This document shows positions 17,428 to 31,945 of a stretch of DNA of 64,000 bases, piece after piece. The notes below the pieces were generated by a model. It was not told the DNA's origin. It was given only the letters and a program-made list of their open reading frames with translations, and searched no databases. The DNA is from Marsupella aquatica (taxonomy: Eukaryota > Plantae > Marchantiophyta). The translations under genes and the position numbers were made by a program. The stretch is taken from the NCBI GenBank assembly GCA_973895155.1, contig OZ316893.1, forward strand, positions 11,858,359 to 11,922,358, written 5' to 3'. Numbering within the stretch: the first letter of the stretch is position 1; every line of letters begins with the position of its first letter.

Positions 17428-20400
17428 TGTCTCTTATAATTCTGCAAGGTGTCAAGCTCGGTGTCAAGATACACTCCAAATAGCTAGTCAGACCAGTCTA
17501 GGAGGTTGGTACTGGGGTTGGTAAAGCAAAAGTGACTTCTCATGTTTTAGTCCTCTCTTGTTTATAGAGCACACAAAGTTTTTGTCCTCTTTCTCATAAA
17601 GCACACAACTTACCTCTGTTTTTGTTATCTTGTTCTTGCTGAGGCCATTGGTTTTCATGCATCTATTCAACTTCCTCTTTGCAACCCCCTTAATATGCAG
17701 TTTACCCAAGTGCTTTACCACGCTTTTCAGCTTGTGGGTTAGCAGGGCTTTAGTTCCTTTTCTTGTTCAGATGTTTGGGATTTGTGATTTTGAAGTTTTT
17801 GGCCCTTTGATTTAATTTCCTAAGTTTTTTTTCCGTTCCCTTACTGGGTTCTTTGGCCTTTAAGATCATGGCTCTTGGTAGGAGGTTAGGCACGTACTTT
17901 TGTTCCTTTTGCACTGACAGTTCTTGTAAAGCCAGACCCTAAGACAATTTTCAGTGACTTCAAGAATAATTGTCCGGGTTGTGTATGGGTCTCGGTGCAC
18001 CCGGACAGGTCTCATAATCACTCATTTATTTAAAGAAAGTATGGTTAATCACACATCAACCATAATCACATACAAATATGATAATCTATGGTGTGCACCC
18101 ATTAATTTAAAGAAAGTATCATACATCTGTTATGGAAGGATGTCATACATGTATATTATATTTTGATGTGGAGTTACCTAGACCCGTTGGAAACCGTCCT
18201 TATTGTCTGGACTGTGTAGGAGTCTTGTTTGCCACTTACTGCGAAGGAGGTCGCTGACTTACAGTCTGAATGCTTGATCAGGTGGCTGACTTTCTAAAGG
18301 TACGCTTTCAATGAAAGCAGGTGGCTGACGTATCACTTTGGATACTTCGTTGCTCCTTTCTATAATTTTGGGCTTTTTGCTCCAGTCTTTTGTTGCACTT
18401 TGTTGGCGTTTCTTCGATTCTTCCTCTCAAAGCCCGTGCAATAAGCCTCTGATTTGTCTTGAGAACAACAAAATCTCTTACCATCGGAAGTCTTGGTCAT
18501 ACTTCCAATATATGAAGTTACTCGGAGTTTCCCTTCATATGCACGTATCCTCAGCACAATAACAGTTGGGCAAGGACAATCTGGAAATCTGGAGATTTGG
18601 GAAATCTGGAGATTTACTGATGAAAACTCAACGTCCAGGAAAACAAGACCTCTTTGTGCCAGGTATTGATGAACACGGGGAGGAACAAAGTGAGGTCGTT
18701 CATGATCACACAGGTCCCCTTTGTTTGGACGAATGAGTATCACACTGATGGGGAACAATTGGAGTACGCAGACAATGTAAACGTAACACAGTTAGAGCAA
18801 CTCCAACGGCGACCTGGGTTCCTGGGAAGTTTATCCCTTCCGAGATCGACTCATAATTTCTCGGGTGATTATGCACGACAATCATGTTTCATTCACGTTA
18901 TCTTTACAATTTTCAAGACATCATGATGAACAATGTTCAGAATTTCCAAGACATGATGGACAATATTCAACCGGAGTCGGATAAAAATATTTCCTTAACA
19001 GCAAAGCATTGAAAACAGGAATGACAATTCTTGATGGGGAAAACTCAAGTACCCTTTGAGAGCTTGTCTGAACAAATACCTTTAATCGCGAACTCAAGGA
19101 TAACAAGCGAGCCGAATCCTGGAACATTGGGTCCGAGCATGGAATCAAAGCACCAGCTGCAGATACGACCATAACGTAGATTAAATCCCTTCTCGAGAGT
19201 ATTTTCGCGTGCATGTTAACAACATGTTTCATTCACTGTTTGTAGTTTCCAGCATCATGTTCAACGTCTTCCAAAAGGTAAGATTCTAAACTTCCTAATT
19301 AAACCTAGCGACAAGCCCACGCCTTGTGGTCACAGCTACACCATCTGTCGCATAATTCAGTGTCCTACAGTCGCAACAGTGAGATGATGCACTGGACAGA
19401 CACAGCAGAGAGCTTGAGGTAAGACTGCTATCAACAGCGCGAGGCTCTTAGAATTGGACACGAAACCCCCGAGTGTCGATGTGGTCAACGAAAGCTTTTG
19501 GTATGAACTGACACTATTTGAGGGATATCTGCAGAGTGCACGAGAACACCGAAGACATCAACCTGGATTTCAACTACAGGACAATGTTAGCCGATGGAAG
19601 TGGACAGTATGCATGAATTGACTAACTCGAACGACGTGCTTAGATTTTAATTTCAACTTTCCTGCGGGCAGCTTGACAAAGGGAACTTGGCTCCTTGATC
19701 TCATGTTGTTGATTGTTGAAGACAGTATATGTGTATCCCGTTCGACGTGCATAACGAAAAAACCATTTAACGCTTCCATTAATGACGCATCCTGTGATCA
19801 ACGAATGCCGAGGGAGAGCATAGAGACCGTGCCAAAACTTTGCCGCTCACTTCTCGAAACTTCCACCTTCATAATCTGACGAGGCTGACATATGTTCATG
19901 TAACTCGAAGCTTATGAAGGAGGAAGTCTTGGGAAAAGAGCTGCAGGCCATGTAGATCATGTGCTCCACTTGCCACCACGTAAGGCACAGTATGGTCAAC
20001 ACCAATATCCGTTTTCCTGAGGAGCTCACCGACCTGATTGCTTTTGAAGAGTTAGCATTGACCAGAAGCTTTGACAACCGGCCTCGAATGACTGCTTCTC
20101 GCCCACAACTCAATCAACCCCTTCCAGCTCGAGCTGAACCTTCGTGTAAACTGCATCTCGTTTCTCAGAAAGTGACCTTCCGTCCGGCCCAAAGCAGATC
20201 CCTCGTGTATCTCGCTGCTCCTTTGATCGGATTGGATCGATGGAGACAGGAGCCGAGTGGGCTGATCTGACATTCTCGCCAAAAAGGTGCTTTTAATTTT
20301 ACGGCAAAACTCAACTGCCCAGGTTTAGGGAGTCATCGTCCCCCAAATGTCAACAGATCCCAGAAAACAGTTCTTTATGAACTGTGGGGCTGGATCCCTT

Positions 20401-21957
20401 CATTGTTCGTCTTGATCATCGAATCCCACTTGCCAAGTAAAGGCACTTTCAGGTCTGACATATATATTTTAAGTGGCCGGTGAACCTGATTTCTTAGCTC
20501 GACTTGGTTTGCCCTGAATACTAGAACCCCTACTAATAAGCAAAATAAGTTATATAATACGACTTCTGTAATCATTTTCAGAACGTCTACAGTACATGAT
20601 CTACAGTCGTTTGAAAGGAAAGAACGAAAAAGAAAAAGAAAAGACCAGCTACTTGCGAAGGATTTAGATATCTCAAAAGACGTGAAATCAACTTGTGACG
20701 TTATTTACCCATGGTGACGCGCAGGACTTATTCCGTGATTGATGTACCTATCAGAGAAGCAAAGCACAATGGAAACGTGCGTGGACATGATTGCTAACAG
20801 AAAGAGAAATTTCGAAAGCATCGTTCAATCTAAAACTAGGGTCAGATGCAATTCTCAATTCGTACTTGGGAATGTCCTAGTAGCACATGCCCTCATCTTA
20901 TTGCTCATTACATACCACCAATTCTGCCATGACCCCTAAATGTGAAATTCCGTCGTTTACAAGCCAGCACGAAAATCTTACCACTTCTTACCACTTGAAT
21001 GGCGTGGGTCTGACATGGGCTCCTGGCATGGAGTCGTGGGACCAAATTAAACATACTAGTCACCGGCCCTTACCACAAACACGAATGTCAATGAAATGGC
21101 ATTCAAGCAGATGTACGATATCGTTAGAACGTATTATAAACAAGGAATCGTTTGAAACTAGTGTAGCTAGCTAGGTGAAGGTAGACTGGTTAGTACAACA
21201 GTTAGTAGAGCCCTTCTTTCTGTGATCGCAGTGGTGAAAACAAATTATTGACAAGAAATAAAGTAGCTCACACATCGCTTGGGGAGAAACAAGTAAAAGT
21301 AAAAGAGTGTGAGGGTTGAAGCTCTCACAAAACGAAAGAAAACCATCAATTGAAAGTTGATATAATGCACGATGGGAGGCGGCCCGCTCGAATGCATGTC
21401 TTCAGGTGGTGGGACATCTCGTGATGCAAACAGCCAGATCCGAGAGCACTCACTAATTACGCGACGATCCTTTTATCAACTTGTACTTGGTTGGCTCCGT
21501 GCGTGCTGCTCATGCGGCGTTTCAAGCTTTCGACATCGAAAAAAGCAGTGGAAAGAAGGACCAAAGGCCCGAAATGGCACCAAATTCAACCAGGTGAAGC
21601 TAGATAATATGAAGCCAACCGACGCCGAGTACCATGCCGTATTTGATTCAAGATTGAAAACGAAAAGCTGAAAGGTATCATGTCGATCAGGCAATAAGGC
21701 GGATAGAACGGCACCACGCCAAATCCGAAGTGGGCTCACTCACTCACTCACTCACTCAACCCGCCCATGAATCCAGCTCGACCAGCTGAACGTACCTTCC
21801 AGCCGCCACGTTCTTTTCTCAAGAACGTACCCCAAGACGAAAGCACCAGGCGATCGAGGTCCACCATGCATGAATGAGCTTCAAACAGGTCACTGCTGAT
21901 CATCGACCTACTACAGTAGAAAGAATCCACTCTAAGTTCCATCTTGGCCTTTGGAAC

Positions 21958-22410
21958 GGTGGGCGGTCACAGCAGGAGCAGGCGCCCACTTGTTGATATA
22001 TGTATATAGCTCCAAGACACAGTCATGTTAGTGCACCTACGCTTTGGCACGCTCTGCCCCCCGGCATAGCAACTGGAGCCTCCCTCTTGATCTCACGCAT
22101 ACGACAGGACCGTAGGCTGCTGTGCGAATTTGCAACAGTGTCTAAAACCTGGAAGGATAGAACAAAATCAAGGTGGGCGCGACAGCAGGAGCAGGATTGG
22201 AGTCGACTTCATGTTAATACTAGTTATTTGTATGCCCAGACATACAGTCATGGGCTTGCTCTCCTAGGTACGCTTTGGCATGGTCTGGCCCCCGGCATAG
22301 CAACTCGAGTACGTTTCTCTCTCTCTCGACAGGACCTTAGGCTGCTATTCTCTGCTATTGAAGGAGTGCAAGTTTCTGAAACCTGAATAGATAGGACGAG
22401 AAGCAAGGGC
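21958..22410. repeat. Diverged tandem duplication, ~215-235 bp unit
   Basis: GTGGGCG..ACAGCAGGAGCAGG, CGCTTTGGCA..CCCCCGGCATAGCAACT and CGACAGGACC.TAGGCTGCT each occur twice in the same order. Confidence 0.7.
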
Positions 22411-23004
22411 ACAAACTAAACGAACAGACGAAAGAGTGCCGACTTTCCCTCTCCCTCTCGATCCTGCTAGGCTAGGAAGCTCGCATGATCGAGTCTCACT
22501 TGTTCAATTCTACTCTAGATAGGCAGTTGGTATGACGCGTTGCGTGATCATTAATGTGATGGTCTGAATATATTGACTATAGGAAGCGAACAGAATTGCA
22601 CAGCCTTTAAACGTATTTCCTCCCACTATGCTCCCACCCGACCTTCTTCGAAACCTTCAATCTACCTCTTGCCTCGAATATTAATGACGAACTGTGGCAA
22701 AGTAGATCCAAAGCTACAAACGTACCATTCCAGTGTCGATCAGGCAGAGTACAAACTGTAGGCCGGTTGTGATTCGTACCAAGAGGGATGTTGTTATTTG
22801 TGAACATCTTCAGGCCACAAAATCTCAAGAGCGAAGCTTCTCTTGGAGACGAGAAATCAAATATTTGAGATGACTGTTCGATCACTGTCCTCACAGAAGT
22901 TTCGCCCAGCCTCTTGCTTTCCCTGGCTGGTTGACATCTGTGCCTAGGATGTTGCATATTTGGTCACTATGGTTCAGTCACTTATGTGGTCTTGCTGTTC
23001 TTAG

Positions 23005-23732
23005 ATCGCGCGTTAAATCTACACCATGTCAAGGCTCCCTCGCTCCCCCGACATTGCCCCTCTCTGTCAGTCTCCAATGTTGCTGCCCGCTCTGGCCCGA
23101 GTTTGCCAGAACATAAACTAAGACTTTATCATTTTGTCCCTTGCTCCGGCCCAATTAACATTGTGCCATCAACTTTAGGTTTATATTTTGGCACCCTTCA
23201 CTTTTTGTCATTCGCTCTGGCCTGATCAACTTTGTGTCATGAACTTCTTCCGTGGGGTTGTGGTTTATGTTTTGGCAACATTTTTGTCCAACGAAGTCAT
23301 GCTTGGTTAGTGATAGAGTCTAAGGAATTGTGGTTGATGTGCTGATAACAACTTATTTCCAATGGAGTCATCTTTGTTTCATAATAGAGTCAGTGTTCAG
23401 GCAAAGCCTAGACAGTCCTTTGGAGAAGAGTCATAATTAATGATAGAATATTGGTCTATGTTGTGGCAAAGTTGGGTCGGAGCAGGCAACAGCAATGGGA
23501 CTTGGGCCGGAGTGGGCAAAAGCAAGTGAAGGGTGCCAAAACATGAACCCAAAGTTGATGACACAAAGTTGATTGAGCCGGACCACTCAGGTGAAAAAAT
23601 GGTAGAGTTTTGGTTTATATTCTGGCAAACTCGGGCCAATGCAGGGCAGCAACATCGGGGACTGGGACGGGCAGTGTACGGGGTCCCAGGAAAATTGGGA
23701 AGTATTAACGTAGTGTAGATTTAACTTGCAGT
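23005..23732. mobile_element. Foldback/MITE-like element with long imperfect inverted arms and a degenerate 8-bp TSD
   Basis: GTTAAATCTACAC (23012) is the reverse complement of GTGTAGATTTAAC (ends 23725). GGCCCGAGTTTGCCAGAA.ATAAAC (~23095) pairs with ~23615-23638, and further arms pair internally. Flanks GTTCTTAG (22997-23004) and GCTCTTAG (23733-23740) match 7/8. Confidence 0.7.
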
Positions 23733-25655
23733 GCTCTTAGGGCCAGCTTTTGTTAATCAATTCCCATTCCCTTCTGCAAACGACAAGTTTAATTTGGTAT
23801 CCTTGCCCTGGGGCTCAGTGTCCCTTGTGCCTTCTGCCCAAAAGGAAATAAATAATAAAATCCGAGAAGGTATCGTCATACTAGGTAAAAGATATGTATC
23901 CTTCTAGTATTTGAATATATGTACATGGTGTGCCATTGTGATGAAAGTTTTCTTTATCTGTGATAAGGGCATCTCCACCTGTGACAATAGCATGTGGCAT
24001 ATATTTTTGTGTCTTTGATACAACAATCTATTGAAACGGCTGGAAATTGGTAAATACTCAAGTCACTGAGTTGCTGGTATTCATTCAAGAGCACAGGATC
24101 CTTCCAAAAACATTTGATCTCCAAATAATTTTCAAGTCTTGCAATCTGATGGATTGACTGCACTACTATACTGTCAGCTTAATTCTGCAAGTGATTAACA
24201 CGTTTAATTTTGAAAATGAGGGTTTAATTACACATCTGATCATGCGTGTTTTCTGTATCAACACATGGTTATTTTTAAATTTGATAGCTTTAGATCAATA
24301 GAAAGCTAGCAAGACTAAGTTGTATGTAACAAATGGTATTATTTGGCTTGAAGATTCTTTCGAGAAGATTGACACCAATCAAGGCCACAAAGTGCTGTGA
24401 GAGAAGGAAGTTCTTAGACTGAGGGTGGCTTTACAAGATGTGGGGGCAGTTTCCACATTTTTTTGGTCTCCAAGATCTGATCAGAGCCATCCATTTGAGA
24501 GAAACTGCTGCTGTTCACTTTACGAAACATTGGCGGCACTTTTAACCAAACCTGTTACCAATCCTACATGGAATGCAGTGGGGCTCAATTATTGCTTATG
24601 TGGAACACTCTTTTGTCCTGGATTTTAGACCACCTCTCTTGATGGTCTCTTCTTCTGGCCCCTTTGGTCCATTTGCATTAAAAGTCATTTGCATTAAAAA
24701 GGGACCCACAAGTCCTTCTTAAGATATTCTCTTATCACATTTACAAAGACTTTAGCCAAAGATTATGTGACACTAAGGTTGAGTGGGTCCTCAATCTATC
24801 TTTTACTAGTCAATAAATCTGGCACCATTGGTTGCTGCTTGGCTTTACAAGACCTTTGGGGCAATAAAAGGATTCAAAGAATGCTTTTAGCTCCTAGACA
24901 CTATATTTAATGTGTGCAATGGCACTCCAGTTTACTTGGGTGAAAAAAACTCACCCCCCACTTCTTGTAAAGACGTCTTGAGTAGTACGTTGGTACATAT
25001 TGCAATACAGCAAGTATTCAAGTACTCCTTGCTATCAATGAATCTTGTTGAGGAGTCTTGTCCTTTTGCGCAGGCTAGGAGGCCAACATGGCAACATGCA
25101 CTCAGCCTTACTACTCCAGGGCAGTCCAATAAAATCATATTGGATGGCAGGTGGGTTCCCACCAGTCTATAGGTCAATAGTTAAGTAATGCTAACATGCA
25201 TGTACAGACTCTTGGCTGGCAATATTGATGATGATATTGAGGCTCGTGCACATTTCTCATGGAGTTAATTATCAGAGTTTGCTGTTACCCTGGAGTGTAC
25301 ATTCAGTTTGTTTGAAATGGTGCTACTGTAGTTCTGTCTGCCGTTTATGAAAATTGGGAGGCATTTGGCTCACTGCGCAGCTGATTAGGATGCTAGATGT
25401 GTTGAGTCTGTTGATTATTAGACTAATTCTAGCCAACAAACTTGCTGTAAAATCCATATTCGGGTCCATAGCTTAAGTTTTTGGTTAATAGGTTTATGAG
25501 TTAAATTGAATAAAAATTTTACAAAATATTTTTGACTGACATATTAAACAAATATCCAATAAGAAACATTTGGTTGTATTCAAATACAGTGACATAATTT
25601 AGTACAATTTTTACTCAAATTTAATGCAATGAAAACTTGATTTATGTCGGATCCG

Positions 25656-26110
25656 TTGGGGCTCACCCTGGTCTGGGTTCCCTACAGAAAATGTGTCACA
25701 TTGGGGTGGGGGGAGTCTAATTGTATTTCCTCCCCATTTCTGTTCAAGACCAAAAAAAACAAAAAAAAAATTGATTTTAAACCAATTGGCTTAGGTCAAT
25801 GGTTAGGGGATTTGCCTGGAACTGAGAGGTCCCATGTTCAATCCCCCCTCCACACCCACACACTGGGGTGTGGAGGGTATATGTGTGTGAGACGGATGAG
25901 TTTTGTGGGTAGTGGATTGGAGTTCTGATTATCTGCTCGGCCCTTGGTTGCCCACTTTGTGATCCTGATGTAATCCTCTCTCCTTCCTGGTTCCATTGGG
26001 ACTCACCTTGGTCTAGGTTCCTTACAGAAAAATTGTCACATTGGGGTGGGGAGAGTCTAATTGTGTTTCCTCCCCAATTCCCTTAAAGACAAAAAACAAC
26101 AACTTGATTT
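25656..26110 (+). mobile_element. tRNA-derived SINE (~25788-26110) preceded by a 5'-truncated copy of its own 3' end (~25656-25770)
   Basis: Pol III A-box-like TAGGTCAATGG and B-box-like GTTCAATCC at tRNA spacing. The ~110-bp 3' segment (CTCACC.TGGTCT.GGTTCC.TACAGAAAA..GTCACATTGGGGTGGGG.GAGTCTAATTG) occurs twice, each copy followed by an A-rich tail. Confidence 0.65.
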
Positions 26111-29100
26111 TATATAATTTTGATATAAAATGTATAGGATCATTAAAGTCTCTACAGTAGTTACTTGATCTCGATCCCTGGATTTTGATATTACTGAATT
26201 GGACCACTGATGCTTGGGGCTGTACACGCTTTCGATAATATCAATGATATTGTGCACTCACTCTAACGTGGAGCATCCAAAGTCTGGATTTTGTCACGTA
26301 GGTAAAGGATTCAGTCTCTCGTAGACTAAGCATCTCCTTGAAAGGGTATTAGTCTAGGGGACTCAAAGTGGTACTCCGTAGGCAATTGTAAGTTGTTTGC
26401 TATATCCAGCTGAAGTTTCAGTCGCCAGCCAAATACCAAAGCCCATGTTTTCTCGCTATGGAGTACCAGTTGACACTGCAGCAATCTCACCGAAAATTAA
26501 TGTGCACTGCACTATGAATGAAGAGACTTTACCATAAGACACAAGTTTCGGAGAGTATTCGACTTTTCTTCCATCACACAGCAAATCTACAGCAGTCCAC
26601 TAAAACCTACCCATCACTTTCGAGTCAGGATACAGAGCCAAGGTTCCACACGTACACGGCCAAGCTGACACCCGACCTGTATGAGTCAAATAATGGAAGG
26701 CAGGGTCTGTACGTCAGTATTTCCATTCCATTTGCTTTGTTAATCTATCCGTCGAAGAGTTTTAAGTTATTGGAATTGTGATCTCTAGTGCAAAGACCGT
26801 CCAGAAGAAACAGTTCAACTTGTTCTTAATTGATCAGTCCTTAGTCCTTACTACATAGTGCGTACCGTCGACTGATAGACTCGAACAATTTTGCTTTCAT
26901 TGCCTTGACAAGAAAACTGAACAATAACAGATGATCGAGTCAAACATTGCTTGAGCCCGCGAAAATACAAGAAGAAAGATCCAAGAGTCGAACAGTTTTT
27001 CTGCCCGGAAAAAAATCACGTTGTTCAATCATGATCCCCAAAAGGCATTCAGAGTCGTATAGTGATGCATCGTTTACATCCAGGAAGCGTACTGGTGAAA
27101 GAGTGACACAACACCCCTGCTGGTAATCACACATCAAAATGTGGCTGCATTCATTGATTGAAAGGAAAAAACTAGGATTATCACGGTATGTAAGGACATA
27201 TTTTGATGTGCAGTAAGTTACCAAATGTTACCGAGTTCCATGGCTAGGTAGCCACTTGCACGCCCGTGGACAGCATTAATAGGGAGGTACCGTAACGCAG
27301 GGCAGTTGGGGAGGACAGACTTCAACCTCCGGTCTATTAGTCTATCTTCTCTAAGCGGTATCCAGGCGAAAGTCGTTCCGGAACAAGGAAACTGGTCTTG
27401 CGAATCGATCCTAAGATCCAGGGATGTGTCGGAGATGACGGCCATATAATTATAAGTCACACACCGTCGCTGATGTCACGTGCTCTTGTCAGTCAGGCTA
27501 CTCAATGGTTACGTCACTGGATCGTCACTGGCCTTCTCTGGCAGTCGCCAAGCTTACTGCCGGCCAATTCGATAATTACAGTCCAGTAATCACAAAAGGT
27601 GCGTTCAGAAAATTAAGTAACGTAAAATGCAGTCATCATTCAAGAAACTTGTACACGACTTTACGTTAAAGTCCGCCGACATAGTCACCCCGTATATGTC
27701 TATGAGAAATGTAACCAGAGTCTCGGGAACCCATGATCCAAAGGCGTGTTACTTAACATAACTTCCGAAAGTACAGGCCTATGGCGCTTTAATTTCAATC
27801 ATAGCTCATTTGACTTGCGCGTGTTTCAGAGTTTCGACGGAAGCAATTCATGAAGGAGAAAATAGCCATATATTATAGTCTCCCCGGTTAGATTTTTTGA
27901 ATAGGCCGGGATCCAGTAAAATCTGGTCGAATAGGATCCAACAATATAATGATTATCAGATTAAAAAAGGGTGCAAAACAGTAAAATGCTTCAATTTGAA
28001 TTTGTGGAGAGAAATCTGCCTTCAATCTTCTGTATCTGATGGTTAGAGACATATATGGTAGCTGAATTTAACGGCCCAAAGAAGACTACGAACCTGCTCA
28101 CCGGGGTGATCGAGACACGATCATATAATTATCTTGAAAGGCAATATAGCATGCTCATCCTGGAATTGTCATGCTTATCTTGAAAGGCAACATGTTTGCT
28201 GTGGCTAGTGGATTACTAACTGTGAACTGAATAGCAACAGGCAACCATTATGGTGCATGTGTGAATTTATGAACTATTAGATTAGATAGACATATATACC
28301 AGCAATAGATAAAGTTCAACCTGTTGAATCCAATCGCTACTCAGTGTTAGGGTCAAAACTTACAAGTGGATGACCGTGCGCATAGATAAAGTCTAAGGTA
28401 GGAGGATTTCCTTATTCCAAGCGTAGTTGATAAGTTTCGGTGTCTGGACAATCTAATTGGACACCTTGTAGCTGAATGATGCTGATCAGTGCGAGGTTAG
28501 TACGCTGCTCCACTGAGCCAAAGTAGAGTGAGAAGTTCAGTGCATATATAGCCTTAATCTTGTAGATCTACTACGTTCACGAAGATTGCGACAACGTCAA
28601 CATGACAACAGGTGATGAATCTCGTAGACATATATGTATATACTAAGGAAGATCATTGCGGTGAAACTAACGAATTCTTCCGGAGAACCTCAAACTCAGA
28701 ACCGAGGAATGATCTCAAACTCAGAACCGAGAAATTTCCGGAGAACGGGCCCCGAAGTGAAAAAGTTGAAGAGCGACTTACATTCACGTCGACTCGCTAC
28801 CCTGCCAATCAGTACAGTTTCACACCTGTTTATGGTTTGTGAAATCCTTGTTTACTAAGTCGGACCATGAAAGTGATGTATGAGACTAATAATGTTCTCC
28901 ACACTGGGTCTCCTACTGAATCCTCTACCAACAGAAAACTGCAACATCAGTAGTGGTCAGGAAAGGTATCTTGGTACTGTGGGTGCTCGGTACCTAACAG
29001 ACCAACCAACGGTACTGAATAATGTCAGCAAACTCTTGAAGTCCCAAATCATCCGTTATCCTTCGTCGAGTCTACCCAACTGAGAGGTACAGTACCACTC

Positions 29101-31049
29101 TGACATGCATTTGCATTTCATAAGAGACTTATATATCAGTATAATTATTAACTCAAACTCAGGACTGGTAGTGGACCCCGAATCCAAGCTACTGTGGTCA
29201 GCGACTCAGCGTGATCTATTGGTGTGCACCAAATGACCACTAGTCAATCACGATCCTTGGGCTCAATCGGTCTTTGTGTCAGCTCGCTAGTTACATCACC
29301 ATGTTTCCTATGAACTAAGTTGGACCAGTACTAAAAAAATTTGGACGGAAACGTAGCGCTGACGTGATTCCGTTTGGAAATTCAGTCCTCTGTGAATCCA
29401 ATCGAGTCCAAAGAATGATGTCGGTTTGGCGGCTACTTGCATGGTCATGCTTGCTCGGATTTACTTACGTGAGACGCCGAGAAGATTACGTGACGCAACT
29501 GAAATGCTTAGCGCAGCAGCAGTTTACAGTGACTGTAGCCTTGCCCGCCGCCTTTGGCCCACCACTTTTTAAAAGGAAGGGTCAGTCGTCACAAATTGCT
29601 GTTCTGTGACCACAACTACACTTTTATAAAGTGCAGGGAAATTTATGCCGAATCTTCCATGATTCGATGATTCCACTTACGTGGGACTACCACATGCATG
29701 CATCCCCATTATGCTGTAAACCACTCGTAAATCTTGTGCTATTTATTTCAAAGATGGTTATGAAGCATTATACCTTCCATGAGATTTGCTTTGTAGTTAT
29801 ATGGTTGGTTATGAGATATTACCTAGCTTGCATGAGACACTTATTTAATCCTTCTAGGAGCTTGGTTTGGGAATTCTCAAATTTGAATGAGAATACGTTT
29901 AGGAGCAAATGACAGATAGCAATGTAAATTAATGTGAGATAGATATATGTTTCGAAAATTCACTCGAGATTTCCACTCGGTAATTAACTCACTGCCCTAA
30001 GGGAATACATCCCATTACCCCTTCTTGGGGATGGGTTACTTCCCATATGTACCTTTCTCGTCAAGACATTAAGTGGATTATGCTTGGTTAGTGTCACTCT
30101 TGAAAGCCTAGGTCCTTCATGTGGATTAAATAAGCATGATTAGCATGACAGGGAGAGGGGAAAATGCTCAGACACACCATCTACAGTGCATGCATCAATC
30201 TTAGGGCATAATTATATATTAATACCCACTAGCACCTGACAGTCCTCCTGCTTGTTGGAACTGCTCAATGAGTGTTCAAGCACGGCACTGAATGAATATT
30301 GTTTAGTCAAAGTCCCCAGCACCTGGTTTTCTAGAACAGTACACCATGTGATCACTTGTTTGAATGTATTTTTAAGGAACTAGCTAGGTGCGGCTCACAT
30401 ACATATTGGCCATGACAGAACCAATTTCCCTTCCTGGGTAGTCCAAGAGTCATAGGATTTGCTCGTTATGCTTCTAATTAGTAACAATTTATTACAAACT
30501 AGGGATTGCATTGCGCAATATTGCATTTCGATAGGAATTGATGTTGTCGAACAGAAGTGTTACTAATTAGAAGTAAAAATGTGAGGCAGCTGCGAGCCAT
30601 GGGGAGTTGGTGAGTCAACCGGGCAACTGGATTAGTTTCAAGGAGTGGGCGAGCTGAGGGACAGTGACGGGTTGGGCATGGAAAAGATCCATATACTAAC
30701 CTACAGTGGAACCTTATATCCATCTCATGTTTAGTAAAGATGTCACGGACCCGAATCAAACAGCTCGCCAGAATGACATTTCATATTAAGCAGACCATGA
30801 AAGAGCTGGGTTGCACAATCTAGTGAAAATCACTTTAGATTGATCTCTGGAATACAGTGCCGGCAGTGCAGGCAAGAGCATGTTAGTCTATTGACGGCCC
30901 CAGCGATGGACATACAAATTAATGCAAGCCAAAGATAGAGCAAAAGTAAGAGCCGTGAAATTGGTGTAAAATCAGAGAGGCAAATTAATTAAGCCTAGCG
31001 ACCAGGCTTAACCGTACATGGTCAGAAACACTGGTGGATCGAATCGGAG

Positions 31050-31945
31050 AAACTCACTTGGCTTTCGGTTTGGCAATCAGAGCTAGCTCCCATTGAAATC
31101 TAGCTCGTCCATTCATCGATCTGGAGAATGATTGCACAAGGCCTTTTCACAGGGGACGGTGCCCTTAAGATTGGAAAAGCAAATAGCAATTGCTGTTTGT
31201 GCACTACAGAACGGGAAACCATTCCCCACGTCTTCTTTCATTGTCACTTTGCTATCAGGAGTTGGAATCTGGCCATCAAACTCTTCCCGCGGCTCATCAC
31301 GTGGCCTGATCTAGAGTTACTCTCGTTGATTAAAGCCTTCAAAGGCTCTAATGTTACCCCAGATTATCCTCGCCTTCACCGTCTTTCAGGTTCTATGGCA
31401 TGGTTCTTATGGCTGGCAAGAAACGAGCATTTTTTCAATGCGGATAGAAGAAGAACATTTGATGTGAACAACATCCTTTCTTAAATGCTTGATCACCTAC
31501 CATGGGCTGGGTGAGGACGCAGGGCCGAGCAGGAAGCATACGCGTCTTTTTAAGTGCTAGAGAAGAAATTAGAAAGGAAAGACGTACTGAAATGGCTGAA
31601 AAACAAGGAGTCTAGAATTCTAGCTTAGTTTGAGGCCTCTGATGACTTGTCTCATTTTCTCTTTTTGGACGTATGGTCTTTCTGCCCTGCACTCCATTCA
31701 TCTCTTTCTTTAGGTTTTTCGTCCGGTGGGCTTCTTGCCTCTGCTAGGTGAGCTGTCTTCTTAGAGTTCTTTTAGTTGGGCTCTCATCTTGGGCCGGTTT
31801 CTCCTTTAGTTCAATCTTAGTGTTCTTGGATTAGTTTCTTCGACTTCCTTCCTGCCTTTGGGCTCTTTGTTGGCTGGTTGGCCCACTACCCCTGGGTTTT
31901 TGCGGATTTTATTGGACAAAAGGAAAAGAAGAAAACAAAAACTAG
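31050..31945 (+). mobile_element. 5'-truncated L1 LINE remnant (zf-RVT region, 3' UTR, A-rich tail), related to the element at 1-2580
   Basis: GLFTG..KIGK...CCLC..ERETIPHVFFHC and WFLWLARNEHFF...RRTFD parallel ORF 1595-2326. An A-rich tail lies at ~31918-31940. Confidence 0.8.

Noticed and set aside
18900-20290. Coding-like minus-strand stretch with a GKRILVL motif reminiscent of NB-ARC kinase-2
   Set aside because: No P-loop or other supporting motifs, all frames are interrupted, and I could not build an exon chain.
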